DNA of 64,000 nucleotides from contig JAICMI010000002.1 of NCBI GenBank assembly GCA_025929315.1, positions 209 through 64,208 on the forward strand. Direction: 5' to 3'. Numbering within the stretch: the stretch's first letter is position 1; the number at the start of each line of letters is the position of its first letter. Under the pieces are notes generated by a model. That model made no database searches. It saw only the letters and a program-made list of their open reading frames with translations, and was not told the DNA's origin. This document shows, one piece after another, positions 27,927 to 38,760 of the stretch. Source of the stretch: Frankiaceae bacterium (GTDB lineage: Bacteria; Actinomycetota; Actinomycetes; JAFAQI01). The translations under genes were made by a program, and so were the position numbers.

Positions 27927-28477
27927 GCACCGTGCCCAACACTCACGCGACAACCGAGATCCGGTTGATCGGCGCCGACGACTTCGCACGAGTGGTCGGT
28001 CCCGCCGCCGAGGTCTACGGCGCAGCCATGCAGCGCGCGGGCGATCTCGTCGCTCAGCGTCGCGACATCATGGCCGGCCACGTCGATCGGCGCGGCTTCC
28101 TCGCCGCCGTCGCCATGGCCGGCGATTCCCTCACCGGATTCGGCTACGGCTACCACGGGCGATCCGGCGAGTGGTGGCACGACGTGGTCGCGGCGGCGCT
28201 GGGCCGCGAGGCAGCACGGACATGGCTCTCAGACGCTTTCGAGCTCGCGGAGCTGCACGTGGACCCCGACCATCAAGGCACCGGCATCGGCCGACAGCTG
28301 CTCGGCGCTGTCCTCGGTTCGGCGAGCGGCGAGACGGTCGTCCTCTCCACCCACGACCGCGAGTCGGTCGCGCGATCGCTCTATCGGTCGGTCGGGTTCG
28401 TCGACTTGCTGCGCGACTTCTGCTTCCCGGGCAGCGGCGAGGTCTACGCCGTGCTCGGTTTACAGTTGCGCGCATGA
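27923..28477 (+). CDS. GNAT family N-acetyltransferase
   Basis: Acetyl-CoA motif LHVDPDHQGTGIGRQLL. GTGA overlap with ybaK. Confidence 0.8.
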   Translation: MSTVPNTHATTEIRLIGADDFARVVGPAAEVYGAAMQRAGDLVAQRRDIMAGHVDRRGFLAAVAMAGDSLTGFGYGYHGRSGEWWHDVVAAALGREAARTWLSDAFELAELHVDPDHQGTGIGRQLLGAVLGSASGETVVLSTHDRESVARSLYRSVGFVDLLRDFCFPGSGEVYAVLGLQLRA

Positions 28478-28953
28478 CGACCAAGGCCGAAGCGGCGTAC
28501 GAGCTCTTCAAAGCGGCCATCGGGCAGGACGAAGGCACCGGCGAGTGGTTGCAAGTCGACCAGGACCGGATCAACTCCTTCGCCGACGTGACCGAGGACC
28601 ATCAGTTCATCCACGTCGACCCCGAGGCGTGCAAGGAGCTGTCGCCGTGGGGCGTGCCCATCGCGCACGGCTTCCTCACGCTGTCGCTGCTCGTCAAGCT
28701 GTCGGCGTCGATCCCGCAGCCGCCCGAGCGCTTCGACGGCATCGTCATGGGCGTCAACTACGGGTTCGAGAAGGTCCGCTTCATCAACCCGGTCAAGGTC
28801 GGTTCGCGCATCCGCGCAAAGAGCGTCGTGAGCTCTGTCGACCTCAAGGATCCCAACAACATTCAGTATGTGCGCACGATCACGGTCGAGATCGAGGGCG
28901 AAGACAAGCCCGCTCTCGTTGCGGAGTGGATCACCCGTCTCGTCTACGGCTGA
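28474..28953 (+). CDS. MaoC-like (R)-specific enoyl-CoA hydratase / hotdog fold dehydratase
   Basis: [51 protein letters not shown]... ATGA overlap with the GNAT stop. Confidence 0.85.
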   Translation: MTTKAEAAYELFKAAIGQDEGTGEWLQVDQDRINSFADVTEDHQFIHVDPEACKELSPWGVPIAHGFLTLSLLVKLSASIPQPPERFDGIVMGVNYGFEKVRFINPVKVGSRIRAKSVVSSVDLKDPNNIQYVRTITVEIEGEDKPALVAEWITRLVYG

Positions 28954-29864
28954 GTGGACGCGCGCTGCGCGAGACCGAGATGTTCGTAGATCTCGCGAGT
29001 CGCCGTCGACCGGTTGAGCGTGATGAAGTGCAAGCCAGGCACGCCTTCGCTCATGAGGCGTTCGCACAACGCCGTGGCGACCTCGACACCGATCGTGCGC
29101 ACCGCGACAGGATCGTCCTCCACCTCGTGCAGCCGGGCCGCAAGGTCCGGCGGAAACGCGGCTCCTGACAGCACCGCGAACCTTTCGATCTGTCCGACGT
29201 TGGTGACCGGCATGACGCCGGGGATGATCGGTACGTCACAGCCTGCGGCGGCGACACGATCCCGCAGCCGCAAATAGTCCTCGGCATAGAAGAACATCTG
29301 GGTGATAGCGAAGTCGGCGCCCGCCCGGCACTTGCGGATGAAGAAGTCGATGTCCGTGTCCAGGTCGGGCGAGCGCGGATGCTTCTCGGGGAAGGCCGCG
29401 ACACCGACGCAGAAATCACCGGACGACTTGACCAGGCCGACGAGCTCCTCGGTGAAGCTGTAGCCGTCCGGGTGCGCGACCCATTCACCCTGCGGGTTGC
29501 CGGGTGGGTCGCCGCGCAACGCCAGCACGTTGCGGATGCCGGCATCTGCATAGGCACCCACCACGTGCCTCAGCTCCGCGACCGAGTGGTTGACCGCAGT
29601 GAGGTGACCGACGGGAGTCAGCGTCGTCTCTGCGGCGATCGTCTCGGTGAGCCGCACCGTGGTGTCTCGGGTAGTGCCGCCGGCGCCATAGGTCACCGAC
29701 ACGAAGGTCGGGTTCAAGGGTTCGAGCTGGCGGATCGCCTGCCAGAACGCACGCTCGCCGTCCTCGGTCTTGGGCGGGAAGAACTCGAACGAGTAGGACT
29801 GCTCGCCGCTGGCCAGCAGCTCGCGGATCGTGACCGCCCGCGTCGCCGGCGCGCGATGCGACAT
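28944..29864 (-). CDS. metF: 5,10-methylenetetrahydrofolate reductase MetF (Rv2172c-like)
   Basis: [10 protein letters not shown]...[10 protein letters not shown]... MTHFR signatures. Start chosen at M23 (MSHRAPATR); the longer ORF would leave only 7 nt to the divergent idsA. Confidence 0.85.
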   Translation of the reverse strand: MSHRAPATRAVTIRELLASGEQSYSFEFFPPKTEDGERAFWQAIRQLEPLNPTFVSVTYGAGGTTRDTTVRLTETIAAETTLTPVGHLTAVNHSVAELRHVVGAYADAGIRNVLALRGDPPGNPQGEWVAHPDGYSFTEELVGLVKSSGDFCVGVAAFPEKHPRSPDLDTDIDFFIRKCRAGADFAITQMFFYAEDYLRLRDRVAAAGCDVPIIPGVMPVTNVGQIERFAVLSGAAFPPDLAARLHEVEDDPVAVRTIGVEVATALCERLMSEGVPGLHFITLNRSTATREIYEHLGLAQRASTQP

Positions 29865-29937
29865 GCGCTCGGTCGGCTGCAACGGCATGAGGGTAAGGCT
29901 ACGTGGACCCGCCGGAGCCACCCGCGACAATTAACGC

Positions 29938-30987
29938 GTGGACGTCCTGACAAGTCGGTTCGACAAGGCACTGCGTGAGTTCTTCAGCCACGCGGCGCCG
30001 ACCCTCGGCAACATCACCGACGAGCTCGCGCCGCTCACTCAGGCGACTGAGGCGTTCGTGCTTGACGGCGGCAAGCGGCTGCGTCCGCTGTTCTGCTACT
30101 GGGGTTATCGCGCCACGGGCAGCGCTGACGACGAGGACATCATCCGCGCCGCCGCCGCACTCGAGCTGTTGCAGGCGTGTGCACTCGTCCACGACGACGT
30201 GATCGACGGCAGCGACACCCGCCGCGGCCAACCCGCCGTGCACCGGAGATTTGCCGCGCTGCACCGCACCTCCGGCTGGTACGGCGACCCGGAGCGGTTC
30301 GGACAGGCCGCCGCCATCCTGCTCGGCGACCTGGCATTGATCTGGGCGGACTCGGCTCTCATGCAATCCGGCTTCGAACCCGGCACTCTGCAGCGCGCCT
30401 CGTCCGTATGGGACGCGATGCGGATGGAGGTCATGTGCGGCCAGTATCTCGACGTCGTCGAACAAGCGCGGGGCGGCGGCTCGGTCGAGCGTGCGCTGCG
30501 CGTGGCGCGGTTCAAGTCGGCGAAGTACACGATCGAGCGACCGCTCCATCTCGGTGCGGCGCTCGGCCATGGCTCGGCGGAGCTGATGGCCGCGTTCACC
30601 GGCTACGGCCTGCCGCTGGGCGAGGCATTCCAGCTGCGCGACGACATGCTGGGGGTCTATGGCGATCCCGAGGTGACGGGCAAGCCGGCGGGTGACGACC
30701 TGCGCGAGGGAAAGCGCACCGTCCTCATCGCTTACGCGTTCGACGCCGCCAACGAGTCACAGGCCGAGCAAATGCGTGTGCGCCTCGGTGACCCGCAGCT
30801 CGACGCTGATGGGGTCACCGTGCTGCGGGAGATCATCGACGCGACCGGTGCGGTGAGCCGGGTCGAAGAGCTCATCAGTGCTCGCACCGTGGAAACCGTC
30901 GCCGCACTCGACACAGCGACCATGGACGACACCGCCCGCGCCGCCCTGGTCGAGCTCGCCCAGACTGCTACGGCACGACGCCGCTAA
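29938..30987 (+). CDS. idsA: Polyprenyl diphosphate synthase (geranylgeranyl diphosphate synthase, IdsA2-like)
   Basis: First and second Asp-rich motifs LVHDDVIDGSD and FQLRDDMLGV. Confidence 0.85.
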   Translation: MDVLTSRFDKALREFFSHAAPTLGNITDELAPLTQATEAFVLDGGKRLRPLFCYWGYRATGSADDEDIIRAAAALELLQACALVHDDVIDGSDTRRGQPAVHRRFAALHRTSGWYGDPERFGQAAAILLGDLALIWADSALMQSGFEPGTLQRASSVWDAMRMEVMCGQYLDVVEQARGGGSVERALRVARFKSAKYTIERPLHLGAALGHGSAELMAAFTGYGLPLGEAFQLRDDMLGVYGDPEVTGKPAGDDLREGKRTVLIAYAFDAANESQAEQMRVRLGDPQLDADGVTVLREIIDATGAVSRVEELISARTVETVAALDTATMDDTARAALVELAQTATARRR

Positions 30988-30996
30988 GAGGGGCCG

Positions 30997-31635
30997 CTAA
31001 GTCGCCCGCAGCCGTCGAGCGAACTCTTTCGCCACACCCGCCGGGTCGTCCACGCGGGTGATCGCCCGGTCGACGACGACGCGGTTGACGCCGGCGTCCA
31101 GCAGTTCGTCGAGATTGCCCGGAGTGATGCCGCCCATCGCGAACCAGGGCTGTCCGGTCGACTTGCCGACCGCGTAGGTCATCAGCTGACGTCCCTGGGT
31201 GTGCTGCCCTTCGGCCGTCCACACAGGACCGACACAGAAGTAGTCGACGCCAGCTGCCACCGCCATGTCGACCTCGTGCGGTGCGTGCGTCGAGCGACCG
31301 ATGATGACGTCATCGCCGACGATCGCCCGTGCGGCCGGCACCGGCAGGTCGTTCTGGCCCAGGTGCAACACATCGGGACGCGCCACCCAGGCGATGTCGG
31401 CACGATCGTTGATGCTGAACAACGCACCGTGCCGTCGTGTCGCGACCGCGAACATCTCGGCCAGCTCGATCTCGTCGCGCGCGTCCAGCCCCTTCTCCCG
31501 AAGCTGTACGACGTCGACCCCCGCGGACAGCACGGCATCGAGGAACTGTTCGAGGTCACCCTGCTCGCGTCGGCTGTCCGTGCAGAGATAAAGGTGCGCG
31601 TCCTTGAGGCGAACCCGCCGCTCCTCGCCACCCAT
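30997..31635 (-). CDS. thiE: Thiamine-phosphate synthase ThiE
   Basis: LYLCTD...VVQLREK...[15 protein letters not shown]... ThiE signatures. Confidence 0.85.
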   Translation of the reverse strand: MGGEERRVRLKDAHLYLCTDSRREQGDLEQFLDAVLSAGVDVVQLREKGLDARDEIELAEMFAVATRRHGALFSINDRADIAWVARPDVLHLGQNDLPVPAARAIVGDDVIIGRSTHAPHEVDMAVAAGVDYFCVGPVWTAEGQHTQGRQLMTYAVGKSTGQPWFAMGGITPGNLDELLDAGVNRVVVDRAITRVDDPAGVAKEFARRLRAT

Positions 31636-31636
31636 G

Positions 31637-31987
31637 TCAGAACGCCAAGACCTGGGCGCGGCGTTTCACTGCGGTGTCACGACCTGCCGCCATCGCGTCA
31701 ACCGGCCGACCGGGAATCGCGTCGTCTTCCGTGAGAAGCCATCGCAGTGCCTGGCCGTCGTCGTAGCCGGCGTCCCTCAAGACCGTCAGAGCACCCGCCA
31801 GGCCCTTGAGCAGCTGCCCGTCATGCACGAGCTCGACCGGGACCTGCTTCACCGGCGGCGTCCCGCGTTCGACCGCGACCAGCTTGCCCTCGCGCAACAG
31901 CTGGCGGACCCGAGACACCGGCAACGCCAACGTGTCCGCGAGCTCGGGCAGGGTCAGCCAACCCGAGGCCAGCTCATCGAGCGCCAC
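31637..31987 (-). CDS. DNA-binding protein, Rv2175c-like (winged-helix; STPK substrate family)
   Basis: [29 protein letters not shown]...[23 protein letters not shown] aligns to M. tuberculosis Rv2175c. Confidence 0.7.
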   Translation of the reverse strand: MALDELASGWLTLPELADTLALPVSRVRQLLREGKLVAVERGTPPVKQVPVELVHDGQLLKGLAGALTVLRDAGYDDGQALRWLLTEDDAIPGRPVDAMAAGRDTAVKRRAQVLAF

Positions 31988-32084
31988 GCCGACAGCCTAG
32001 GCACGACCCCCGACCGGGTCAGCAAGGGGCGTTTGCCAGGCTCTCTACTGACGCACGATCCCTCCAGACCCCCAAGGAGGCGCG

Positions 32085-32963
32085 ATGCCGGTCAGCGCAG
32101 CACCCGTCGAGCAAGTCGTCGAGCGGATCGAGCAGGCCGGGCCGCTGGACCCGGTGGTCAAGGCGGTGCGACGCATCGTCACGGCCGCCCTTCGCCCGCA
32201 GTCCGTCCGCGACGCTCTGCACGGCGTCTGGCTGGGACATCCGCTGCATCCCGTCCTGACCGACGTGCCGATCGGCGCGTGGTCGGCGGCGGCCCTGCTG
32301 GACGTCGTCCCACGCACCGGGCCCGCATCGGCCACGCTCATCGCGGCCGGTTGCGCCGGCGCGGTGCCGACGGCCGTGACCGGCTGGGCGGATTGGTCGC
32401 AGCTGCATCCGCCGCAACAGCGGGTCGGCCTCGTGCACGCCGGCGCCAACGTGCTAGCGCTCGGCCTTTACACGGCGTCGTTGGTCGCCCGGGCGCGCGG
32501 ACGGTCACTGACCGGCAAGGCGCTGTCCTACGCCGGACTGGGCGCGGTCTCCGTCGGGGGTTACCTGGGCGGCCATCTCGTCTTCCGCCAGGCCGCAGGT
32601 GCAAACCACACTGCGGACACCATCGACCTGTTCCCCAGCGGGTGGCAGCCGCTCGGCCGACTCGACGACCTGCCGGACGGGCAGCCGACCAAGCGCACGA
32701 TCGATGGCGTCGACGTCCTCGTCGTACGCCGCGGGCAACACGTCGACGTGTTGTCCAACCGCTGCTCACACTTGTCCGCACCACTCTCCGACGGCTCGTT
32801 CAAGGTCGAGAGCGGCCAAGGCTGCATTGTCTGCCCGTGGCACGGCTCCACGTTCCGACTTGCCGACGGCGCCGTCGTGCATGGTCCGACCACGTCGCCG
32901 CAGCAGCTGTTCGAGACACGGATCGAGAGCGGCAACGTGGAGATTCGGCTGCCCGGCAGCTGA
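32085..32963 (+). CDS. Rieske (2Fe-2S) domain protein with N-terminal DUF2231 membrane domain
   Basis: Rieske ligands CSHLSAPL ... CPWHGS, preceded by about 4 TM helices. Confidence 0.75.
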   Translation: MPVSAAPVEQVVERIEQAGPLDPVVKAVRRIVTAALRPQSVRDALHGVWLGHPLHPVLTDVPIGAWSAAALLDVVPRTGPASATLIAAGCAGAVPTAVTGWADWSQLHPPQQRVGLVHAGANVLALGLYTASLVARARGRSLTGKALSYAGLGAVSVGGYLGGHLVFRQAAGANHTADTIDLFPSGWQPLGRLDDLPDGQPTKRTIDGVDVLVVRRGQHVDVLSNRCSHLSAPLSDGSFKVESGQGCIVCPWHGSTFRLADGAVVHGPTTSPQQLFETRIESGNVEIRLPGS

Positions 32964-32988
32964 TCACGCCGACGCGACGTGCGCGGCG

Positions 32989-34008
32989 TCAGCGACGTCG
33001 GATCAACGGATCGATGCCGTTGACCACGTTGAGCACCGGTTCTCCCGACACGGCACGGCCGATGTTCTCGACCACAGCAGCGATCAGTCGACCTTGTGCC
33101 TCGCGGGTCGCGCCGGCGGCATGGGGCGAGAGCAGGATGCGGTCCTCACTGCGTAACGGTGAATCTGCCGGCAACGGCTCGATCGCGTAGACGTCGAGAG
33201 CAGCACCGGCGAGATGACCGGAGCGGATCGCGTCCAGCAGCGCGCTCTCGTCGAGGACACCGCCGCGAGCCGCGTTGACGACATAGGCACCTGACGGCAG
33301 CTGCTTGAGGCGGTCGGCCGAGAGCAGCCCGCGCGTGGCCGGGGCCAGTGCGACCACGACGACAAGCAGCTGGCTGTGCGCGAGGAGATCGTCGAGCTCC
33401 ATCCAGCGGGCACCGCCGGAGTCGTCGTGCTGACTGCGACTCCAGTAGGCCACGTCGGCGCCGAGCGCGACGAACCGTTGGGCGCACTCACGTCCGATCG
33501 GTCCCATGCCAATGACGCCGACGCGCCGACCGGCGACCTCACCCCCACCCCGTTGGGCCACCTCCAGCTGTGGCCAGCCTCCCGCCCGGGTCTGCGCGTC
33601 CGCCCATGACAACCAGCGCAGCACGTCGTACGACGCACCCACGCACCATTCGGCCACGCTCACCGCGTTGACGCCGGCGGCGTTGGCGACCGCGATCCCC
33701 CGCGCGGCGAGGCCGTCGACGTCGACCGAGTCCACGCCGACGCTCGGCTGCTGGACGAAGGCCAGCGGACACGAGTCGGGCAGCCCGCCGGCGTCGAGCC
33801 GAAGCGCCCCGGTCCAGTCGCCGAGCACGAGATCGGCGTCGGCGAGGGCCGTCGTCACCGCGGCGTGCGAGCGCTCGGCGGGGACAACCACGTCCACCGG
33901 AAGGTCGGCGAACATCGCCCCGAGGAGCGACTCGTCGAGCGGGGGCAAGGCGAGAAGGCGCCAGCTGTCGGCCACGCGGAGATCGTGCCAGACAGCCCAG
34001 ATGGACAT
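32989..34008 (-). CDS. D-isomer specific 2-hydroxyacid dehydrogenase family (NAD-binding)
   Basis: GVIGMGPIGRECAQRF Rossmann motif and catalytic R/E/H region (LSPHAAGAT). Confidence 0.8.
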   Translation of the reverse strand: MSIWAVWHDLRVADSWRLLALPPLDESLLGAMFADLPVDVVVPAERSHAAVTTALADADLVLGDWTGALRLDAGGLPDSCPLAFVQQPSVGVDSVDVDGLAARGIAVANAAGVNAVSVAEWCVGASYDVLRWLSWADAQTRAGGWPQLEVAQRGGGEVAGRRVGVIGMGPIGRECAQRFVALGADVAYWSRSQHDDSGGARWMELDDLLAHSQLLVVVVALAPATRGLLSADRLKQLPSGAYVVNAARGGVLDESALLDAIRSGHLAGAALDVYAIEPLPADSPLRSEDRILLSPHAAGATREAQGRLIAAVVENIGRAVSGEPVLNVVNGIDPLIRRR

Positions 34009-34102
34009 CAGTCACACCAGCCCCGCTTGTCACATCAGTCACAAAGCGGCTAGGGTGATCGTTCGCTTGTGCCCGGGGGGTTATCCGGCGACGGGAGATC
34101 CG

Positions 34103-35014
34103 ATGACCGCGCAGCCGTCCAGACACGCACGCCCGAAAACGGGCGCCAGACGCCTGCTCGTCCGCGCCGCGGCCCTCCCGGTCGTCGTCGTGCTGCTCGC
34201 GCTCGCCGTGACAGCGTCGACCGGCGGCGCTCGGCACTACCGGGTCAAGCCTGGCGACACCCTCTCCGAGATCGCCGCTCGGTTCCACACGTCGGTGGCC
34301 GCCCTGACCCGGCTGAACCGGCTGCCCGGCAACGGCAACCTCATCTACGCGGGCAGCACGCTGCGCCTGCCGGGCCGGACGCACCACCATCACGCGCGCC
34401 ATCACCACCTCCACGGCGGCACCGTGACCTACACCGTCAAGCCGGGCGACTACCTCTACGGCATCGCTGCCCGGTTCCACGCGGACGCGCACAAGATCGC
34501 CCGGCGCAACCACCTGCCGTCGTCCATGACCGTGGTCATCGGCCAGAAGCTGCGAATCCACGTGCGCCATGCCTCCCACCGCGGGCATGCCTCCCGCGGC
34601 TTCCACGGCTACCGCGTCCCGACCCGCGACACGATGGCCCGGATGATTCGGGCAACGGCCGCCCGCTGGCATGTCGACGGTCGTTTCGCTCTCGGCATCT
34701 CCTACGAAGAGGCGGGCTTCAACCAGCGGGTGATCTCGTCCGTGGGTGCCGTCGGCGCCATGCAGGTCATGCCCGCGACCGGGCGTTGGGTCTCGGCCTA
34801 CGTCGTCCGTCGACCGCTCAACATCTACCGCGCCCAGGACAACGTGACCGCTGGGGTCGCCCTGCTCGCCGTGCTGCTCCGCGAGACCAAGGGAGACATG
34901 CGCCTCGCGGCGGCGGGCTACTACCAGGGCCTGTCGTCCGTCCGTCAGCGCGGAATGTACGCCGACACGAAGCGTTATGCGGCCAACGTTCTGGCGCTGC
35001 GCAACCGGTTCTAG
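34103..35014 (+). CDS. Secreted LysM-LysM-lytic transglycosylase (SLT domain) protein with His-rich linker
   Basis: ATG 34103 with GGGAG 5 nt upstream. Signal/TM segment, two LysM repeats (YRVKPGDTLSEIAARF..., YTVKPGDYLYGIAARF...), linker GRTHHHHARHHHLHGG, and SLT motif ...EEAGFNQRVISSVGAVGAMQVMPAT... Confidence 0.8.
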   Translation: MTAQPSRHARPKTGARRLLVRAAALPVVVVLLALAVTASTGGARHYRVKPGDTLSEIAARFHTSVAALTRLNRLPGNGNLIYAGSTLRLPGRTHHHHARHHHLHGGTVTYTVKPGDYLYGIAARFHADAHKIARRNHLPSSMTVVIGQKLRIHVRHASHRGHASRGFHGYRVPTRDTMARMIRATAARWHVDGRFALGISYEEAGFNQRVISSVGAVGAMQVMPATGRWVSAYVVRRPLNIYRAQDNVTAGVALLAVLLRETKGDMRLAAAGYYQGLSSVRQRGMYADTKRYAANVLALRNRF

Positions 35015-35064
35015 CGCTTCTGCCGCTTTAGACTAAGGCCAATGGACGCTCCGCCGGTGAGCGC

Positions 35065-36948
35065 GTGATGGGCGCGACCTTGAGCGACCCACTGGTCGAC
35101 AGACTCCTCGACGGGCGCTACGCCATCGAGGCCCGACTCGCGCGCGGCGGCATGGCCAGCGTCTACCTCGCCACCGATGTTCGCCTCGACCGGCGGGTCG
35201 CGGTCAAGGTGATGCACGCGGCACTCGCCGAGGACCCCGACTTCGTCGCACGGTTCAACCGGGAGGCACGCGCTGCCGCCCGCCTGTCGCACCCGGCGGT
35301 GGTGTCGGTCTACGACCAGGGCAGCGACGCCGGCCACGTCTTCCTCGTCATGGAGTACGTGAGCGGGTCGACGTTGCGTGAGGTGCTGCGCGAACGAGGC
35401 AAGCTCACGCCGGCGGAGACAGTAGCGGTGATGGACTACGTCCTCGCCGCGCTCGGCGCAGCCCACGCGGCCGGCATCGTCCACCGCGACGTCAAGCCGG
35501 AGAACGTGCTGATCACCCCGGACGGCCGGGTCAAGGTGGCCGACTTCGGCCTGGCACGCGCCGTCGCGGGTACGACGCTGACCGGCGACGACGGGATGCT
35601 CCTCGGCACTGCGGCCTACGTCTCGCCCGAGCAGGTGCGGGACGGAGCGGCCAACGCGCGGTCGGACGTCTACTCCGCCGGAGTGCTGATGTTCGAGCTG
35701 CTGACCGGCACAGTGCCGTTCTCCGCCGACACGCCCCTGTCCGTCGCCTACAAGCATCTGAGTGACGACGTGCCGCCGCCGTCATCGCGATCTGCCGGCG
35801 TCCCCGCAGAGCTCGACACCGTCGTCACCACGGCGACTGCTCGCGAAGCGACAACTCGCTACGCCGACGGCGCAGCAATGCATACCGCGCTCTCTGAGGC
35901 GCGGGACACGCTCGGCCTGCACGGCGTCGTACCTGCTCCTCCTGGTGACAACACCATCAACCTCGCCCGGACCACAGCAGCCGGGCCGGCCGTACCGTCG
36001 GTCGCGTCTTCGGGCGGCGGCCAACAGACCATCGCTCTGCCGGCTGCCACCGAAGGTGACGAAGGCCGGGAGCCGCGCCGCTGGCCGTTCGTACTCGCCG
36101 CCGTGCTCGTGCTCTCGTTGGTGGCGGGCGTCGGCGGGTGGTGGCTCGCCGTCGGTCGCTACACGCACGCGCCGAGCGTGCTCCAGCTGACCTACGCGCA
36201 AGCCGCGGCCAAGCTCGACGATGCGGGTCTGCACGCGCAGCGGGGCAGCGACACCTTCAGCGACTCCGTCAGCGCCGGCCACGTCGTCAGCCAGGATCCG
36301 AGCGGTGGCGCGCGCGTGCATCGCGGCGCCACGATCACGCTGCACTTGTCGCGTGGCCCGGCGACGGTCCGGGTGCCGGACGTCAGTGGCAAGAAAGTGC
36401 ACGCGGCGACCATCGCCCTGCGCAAAGCCAACCTCAAGGTCGAACGACAGGACGAGGCCTACTCGAGTCTCGTCCAAGCAGGTCGGGTGATCCGGACCAA
36501 CCCCAAAGCGGGCGAGACCGTCAGCGCCGAACGCGGCGTCATCCTCGTCGTGAGCAAGGGGGCGCAGCCGGTCGACGTGCCGGACGTCAGCAACAAGACC
36601 TACGACGATGCCGTTTCGCTTCTCCGTGCGGTGCACCTGCAAGCCAAGCGAAGCGACGTGTACTCCGACACCGTGCCGGCGGGCAGGGTCGTCAGCACGT
36701 CGCCTCCGGCGGGGTCGACCGCTCACGTCGGTGACACGGTCGTCGTCAACGTGTCCAAGGGTCCACGGTTGCGGCCGGTGCCCGACGTCACCGGCCAACC
36801 GATTCAGCAAGCAATCCGCGCCATCAACCAGGCCGGCTTCAAGGCGGATCCGCACCAAATCTTCCCGGGCGGACCGGGCAAGGTCGTGCGCGAGACGCCG
36901 TCAGGCATGCAGCGTCCCGGCTCCACGATCCGGCTCGACTACTTCTAG
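35065..36948 (+). CDS. Ser/Thr protein kinase with TM segment and four extracellular PASTA domains (PknL/PknB-like)
   Basis: Hanks kinase motifs (VAVKVM, HRDVKPENVL, DFGLAR, SPEQ), a TM segment, then 4 PASTA repeats. Confidence 0.9.
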   Translation: MMGATLSDPLVDRLLDGRYAIEARLARGGMASVYLATDVRLDRRVAVKVMHAALAEDPDFVARFNREARAAARLSHPAVVSVYDQGSDAGHVFLVMEYVSGSTLREVLRERGKLTPAETVAVMDYVLAALGAAHAAGIVHRDVKPENVLITPDGRVKVADFGLARAVAGTTLTGDDGMLLGTAAYVSPEQVRDGAANARSDVYSAGVLMFELLTGTVPFSADTPLSVAYKHLSDDVPPPSSRSAGVPAELDTVVTTATAREATTRYADGAAMHTALSEARDTLGLHGVVPAPPGDNTINLARTTAAGPAVPSVASSGGGQQTIALPAATEGDEGREPRRWPFVLAAVLVLSLVAGVGGWWLAVGRYTHAPSVLQLTYAQAAAKLDDAGLHAQRGSDTFSDSVSAGHVVSQDPSGGARVHRGATITLHLSRGPATVRVPDVSGKKVHAATIALRKANLKVERQDEAYSSLVQAGRVIRTNPKAGETVSAERGVILVVSKGAQPVDVPDVSNKTYDDAVSLLRAVHLQAKRSDVYSDTVPAGRVVSTSPPAGSTAHVGDTVVVNVSKGPRLRPVPDVTGQPIQQAIRAINQAGFKADPHQIFPGGPGKVVRETPSGMQRPGSTIRLDYF

Positions 36949-36973
36949 CTGCCGGTTCGGCTAGCGTCGTCCG

Positions 36974-37834
36974 GTGCCGCCGCGCAAGTCTTCTCCGGTC
37001 GGTGCCCACGTCTTCGTCGCCGGCGGACTCACCACCAAGGGTCTGGCCTACGCCGAACGCATCGGCGCGGAGGCGGTGCAAGTGTTCGTCGCCAACCCGC
37101 GCGGCTGGGCCATTCCGGCCGACGACGTGGACGGGGACGAGCAGTTCAGGTCCGCTTGTGCCGAGCGCCGGATCTCGGTTTTCGTGCACGCGCCTTACCT
37201 CTGCAACTTCGGGTCACCAACCGAGCTGACCCGCGAGCGCAGCGCGGCGGCCGTCCGGCACTCCATGATGCGCGGCGCCCGCATCGGCGCCTCCGGCGTC
37301 GTCGTTCATGCCGGGTCAGCGGTGGATGCGGGTCACCGGGACCTGGCGCTGAAGATGATGCGTGAGCTGCTGCTGCCGCTGCTGGACGACACTGAGGGGC
37401 TGCCGCTGCTGCTCATCGAGCCCACCGCCGGCGGAGGTCAGGCGCTTGCTGCAACCGTGTCCGATCTCGCGCCTCTCTTCGACGCGCTCGACTGGCACCC
37501 GCGGCTCGGCGTGTGCTTCGACACGTGTCACGCGTTCGCGGCCGGACATGACGTTGCCTCGCCCGGCGGCATGCGCCGCACGCTGAATGAGCTGGCGCGC
37601 ACCGTCGGACGCGATCGACTGCACCTGGTCCATGCCAACGACTCGAAGGACCCGCTCGCCTCCGGCCGGGACCGGCACACCAACATCGGCGCCGGCACGA
37701 TCGGCATGGATCCGTTCGCGGAGGTGTTCCGGCACCCCGCCATTCGCGGCGTACCGGTCATCGTCGAGACGCCGGGCGACGTGACGCGCCACCGCGACGA
37801 GCTGGCGACGTTGCGCAAGCTCCGCGACCGATGA
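36974..37834 (+). CDS. nfo: Deoxyribonuclease IV / endonuclease IV (AP endonuclease family 2)
   Basis: HAPYLCNF and ...VVHAGS...CFDTCHAFAAGHD... metal-binding signatures. Confidence 0.85.
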   Translation: MPPRKSSPVGAHVFVAGGLTTKGLAYAERIGAEAVQVFVANPRGWAIPADDVDGDEQFRSACAERRISVFVHAPYLCNFGSPTELTRERSAAAVRHSMMRGARIGASGVVVHAGSAVDAGHRDLALKMMRELLLPLLDDTEGLPLLLIEPTAGGGQALAATVSDLAPLFDALDWHPRLGVCFDTCHAFAAGHDVASPGGMRRTLNELARTVGRDRLHLVHANDSKDPLASGRDRHTNIGAGTIGMDPFAEVFRHPAIRGVPVIVETPGDVTRHRDELATLRKLRDR

Positions 37835-38730
37835 ACGCCGCGCGACTGCGATCACCCGAGGCGGTCGGCACCGTCGCGCTCGTCGGTGTCACGGCCGTTT
37901 GGGGGTCGACCTTCGTTGTCGTCAAGGACGCGGTCGAACGCATGCCGGTCATGGACTTTCTGGCATGGCGGTTCGCTCTTGCCGCCGTCGCGATGGCGGT
38001 GCTGCGGCCCGGCGCCGTGGCGGCCTTGGGCCGGGAAGGTCGACAGCACGGCGTCGTACTCGGGCTCGCCCTGGCGGCCGGCTATGTCGCTCAGACCTTC
38101 GGCCTGAAGCGCACACCGGCGACCGTGTCCGGGTTCATCACCGGACTGTTCGTCGTCTTCACACCGCTGTGCGCCGGTCTGCTGTTGCGCAAGCGCATCG
38201 ATCTGATGTCCTGGCTCGGAGTGACGATCGCAACCGGCGGGCTCGCCCTCTTGTCCTTGCACGGCCTGTCGGTGGGACGCGGTGAGGCGATCACGCTGTT
38301 GTGCGCCCTGTCGTTCGCGTTGCACATCGTGGGGCTCGGCGAGTGGTCTCGCTCGAAAGACGCCTACGGCCTCGCGGTGGTCCAGCTCGTCACCGTCGCA
38401 GTCGTCTCGGCGGTCGCGGCGGCACCGGACTCCCTGTCGCCCCCACCGGACGCCGAGGTCTGGGGCGCCGTACTCCTCACCGCCTTGGCGGCAACGGCAG
38501 TCGGCTTCTTCGTCCAGACATGGGCGCAGGCCCACCTTGCGCCGACGCGTGCCGCTGTCGTCATGACGATGGAACCGGTCTTTGCCGGCATCTTCGGCGT
38601 GACGTTCGGCGGGGACGACCTCACCAACCGCGTCGTCGTAGGCGCGCTGCTCGTCCTCGCAGCGATGTTCCTCGTCGAACTCGGCCCACGGCGAGCCGCC
38701 GACGCCCAGATCGAGCGCCTGGAGACATAA
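37831..38730 (+). CDS. EamA/DMT family transporter
   Basis: 10-TM duplicated EamA topology. Overlaps the nfo stop by 4 nt. Confidence 0.8.
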   Translation: MNAARLRSPEAVGTVALVGVTAVWGSTFVVVKDAVERMPVMDFLAWRFALAAVAMAVLRPGAVAALGREGRQHGVVLGLALAAGYVAQTFGLKRTPATVSGFITGLFVVFTPLCAGLLLRKRIDLMSWLGVTIATGGLALLSLHGLSVGRGEAITLLCALSFALHIVGLGEWSRSKDAYGLAVVQLVTVAVVSAVAAAPDSLSPPPDAEVWGAVLLTALAATAVGFFVQTWAQAHLAPTRAAVVMTMEPVFAGIFGVTFGGDDLTNRVVVGALLVLAAMFLVELGPRRAADAQIERLET

Positions 38731-38760
38731 GCGGTTGGCGCACAATGAAAGACTGACCCC

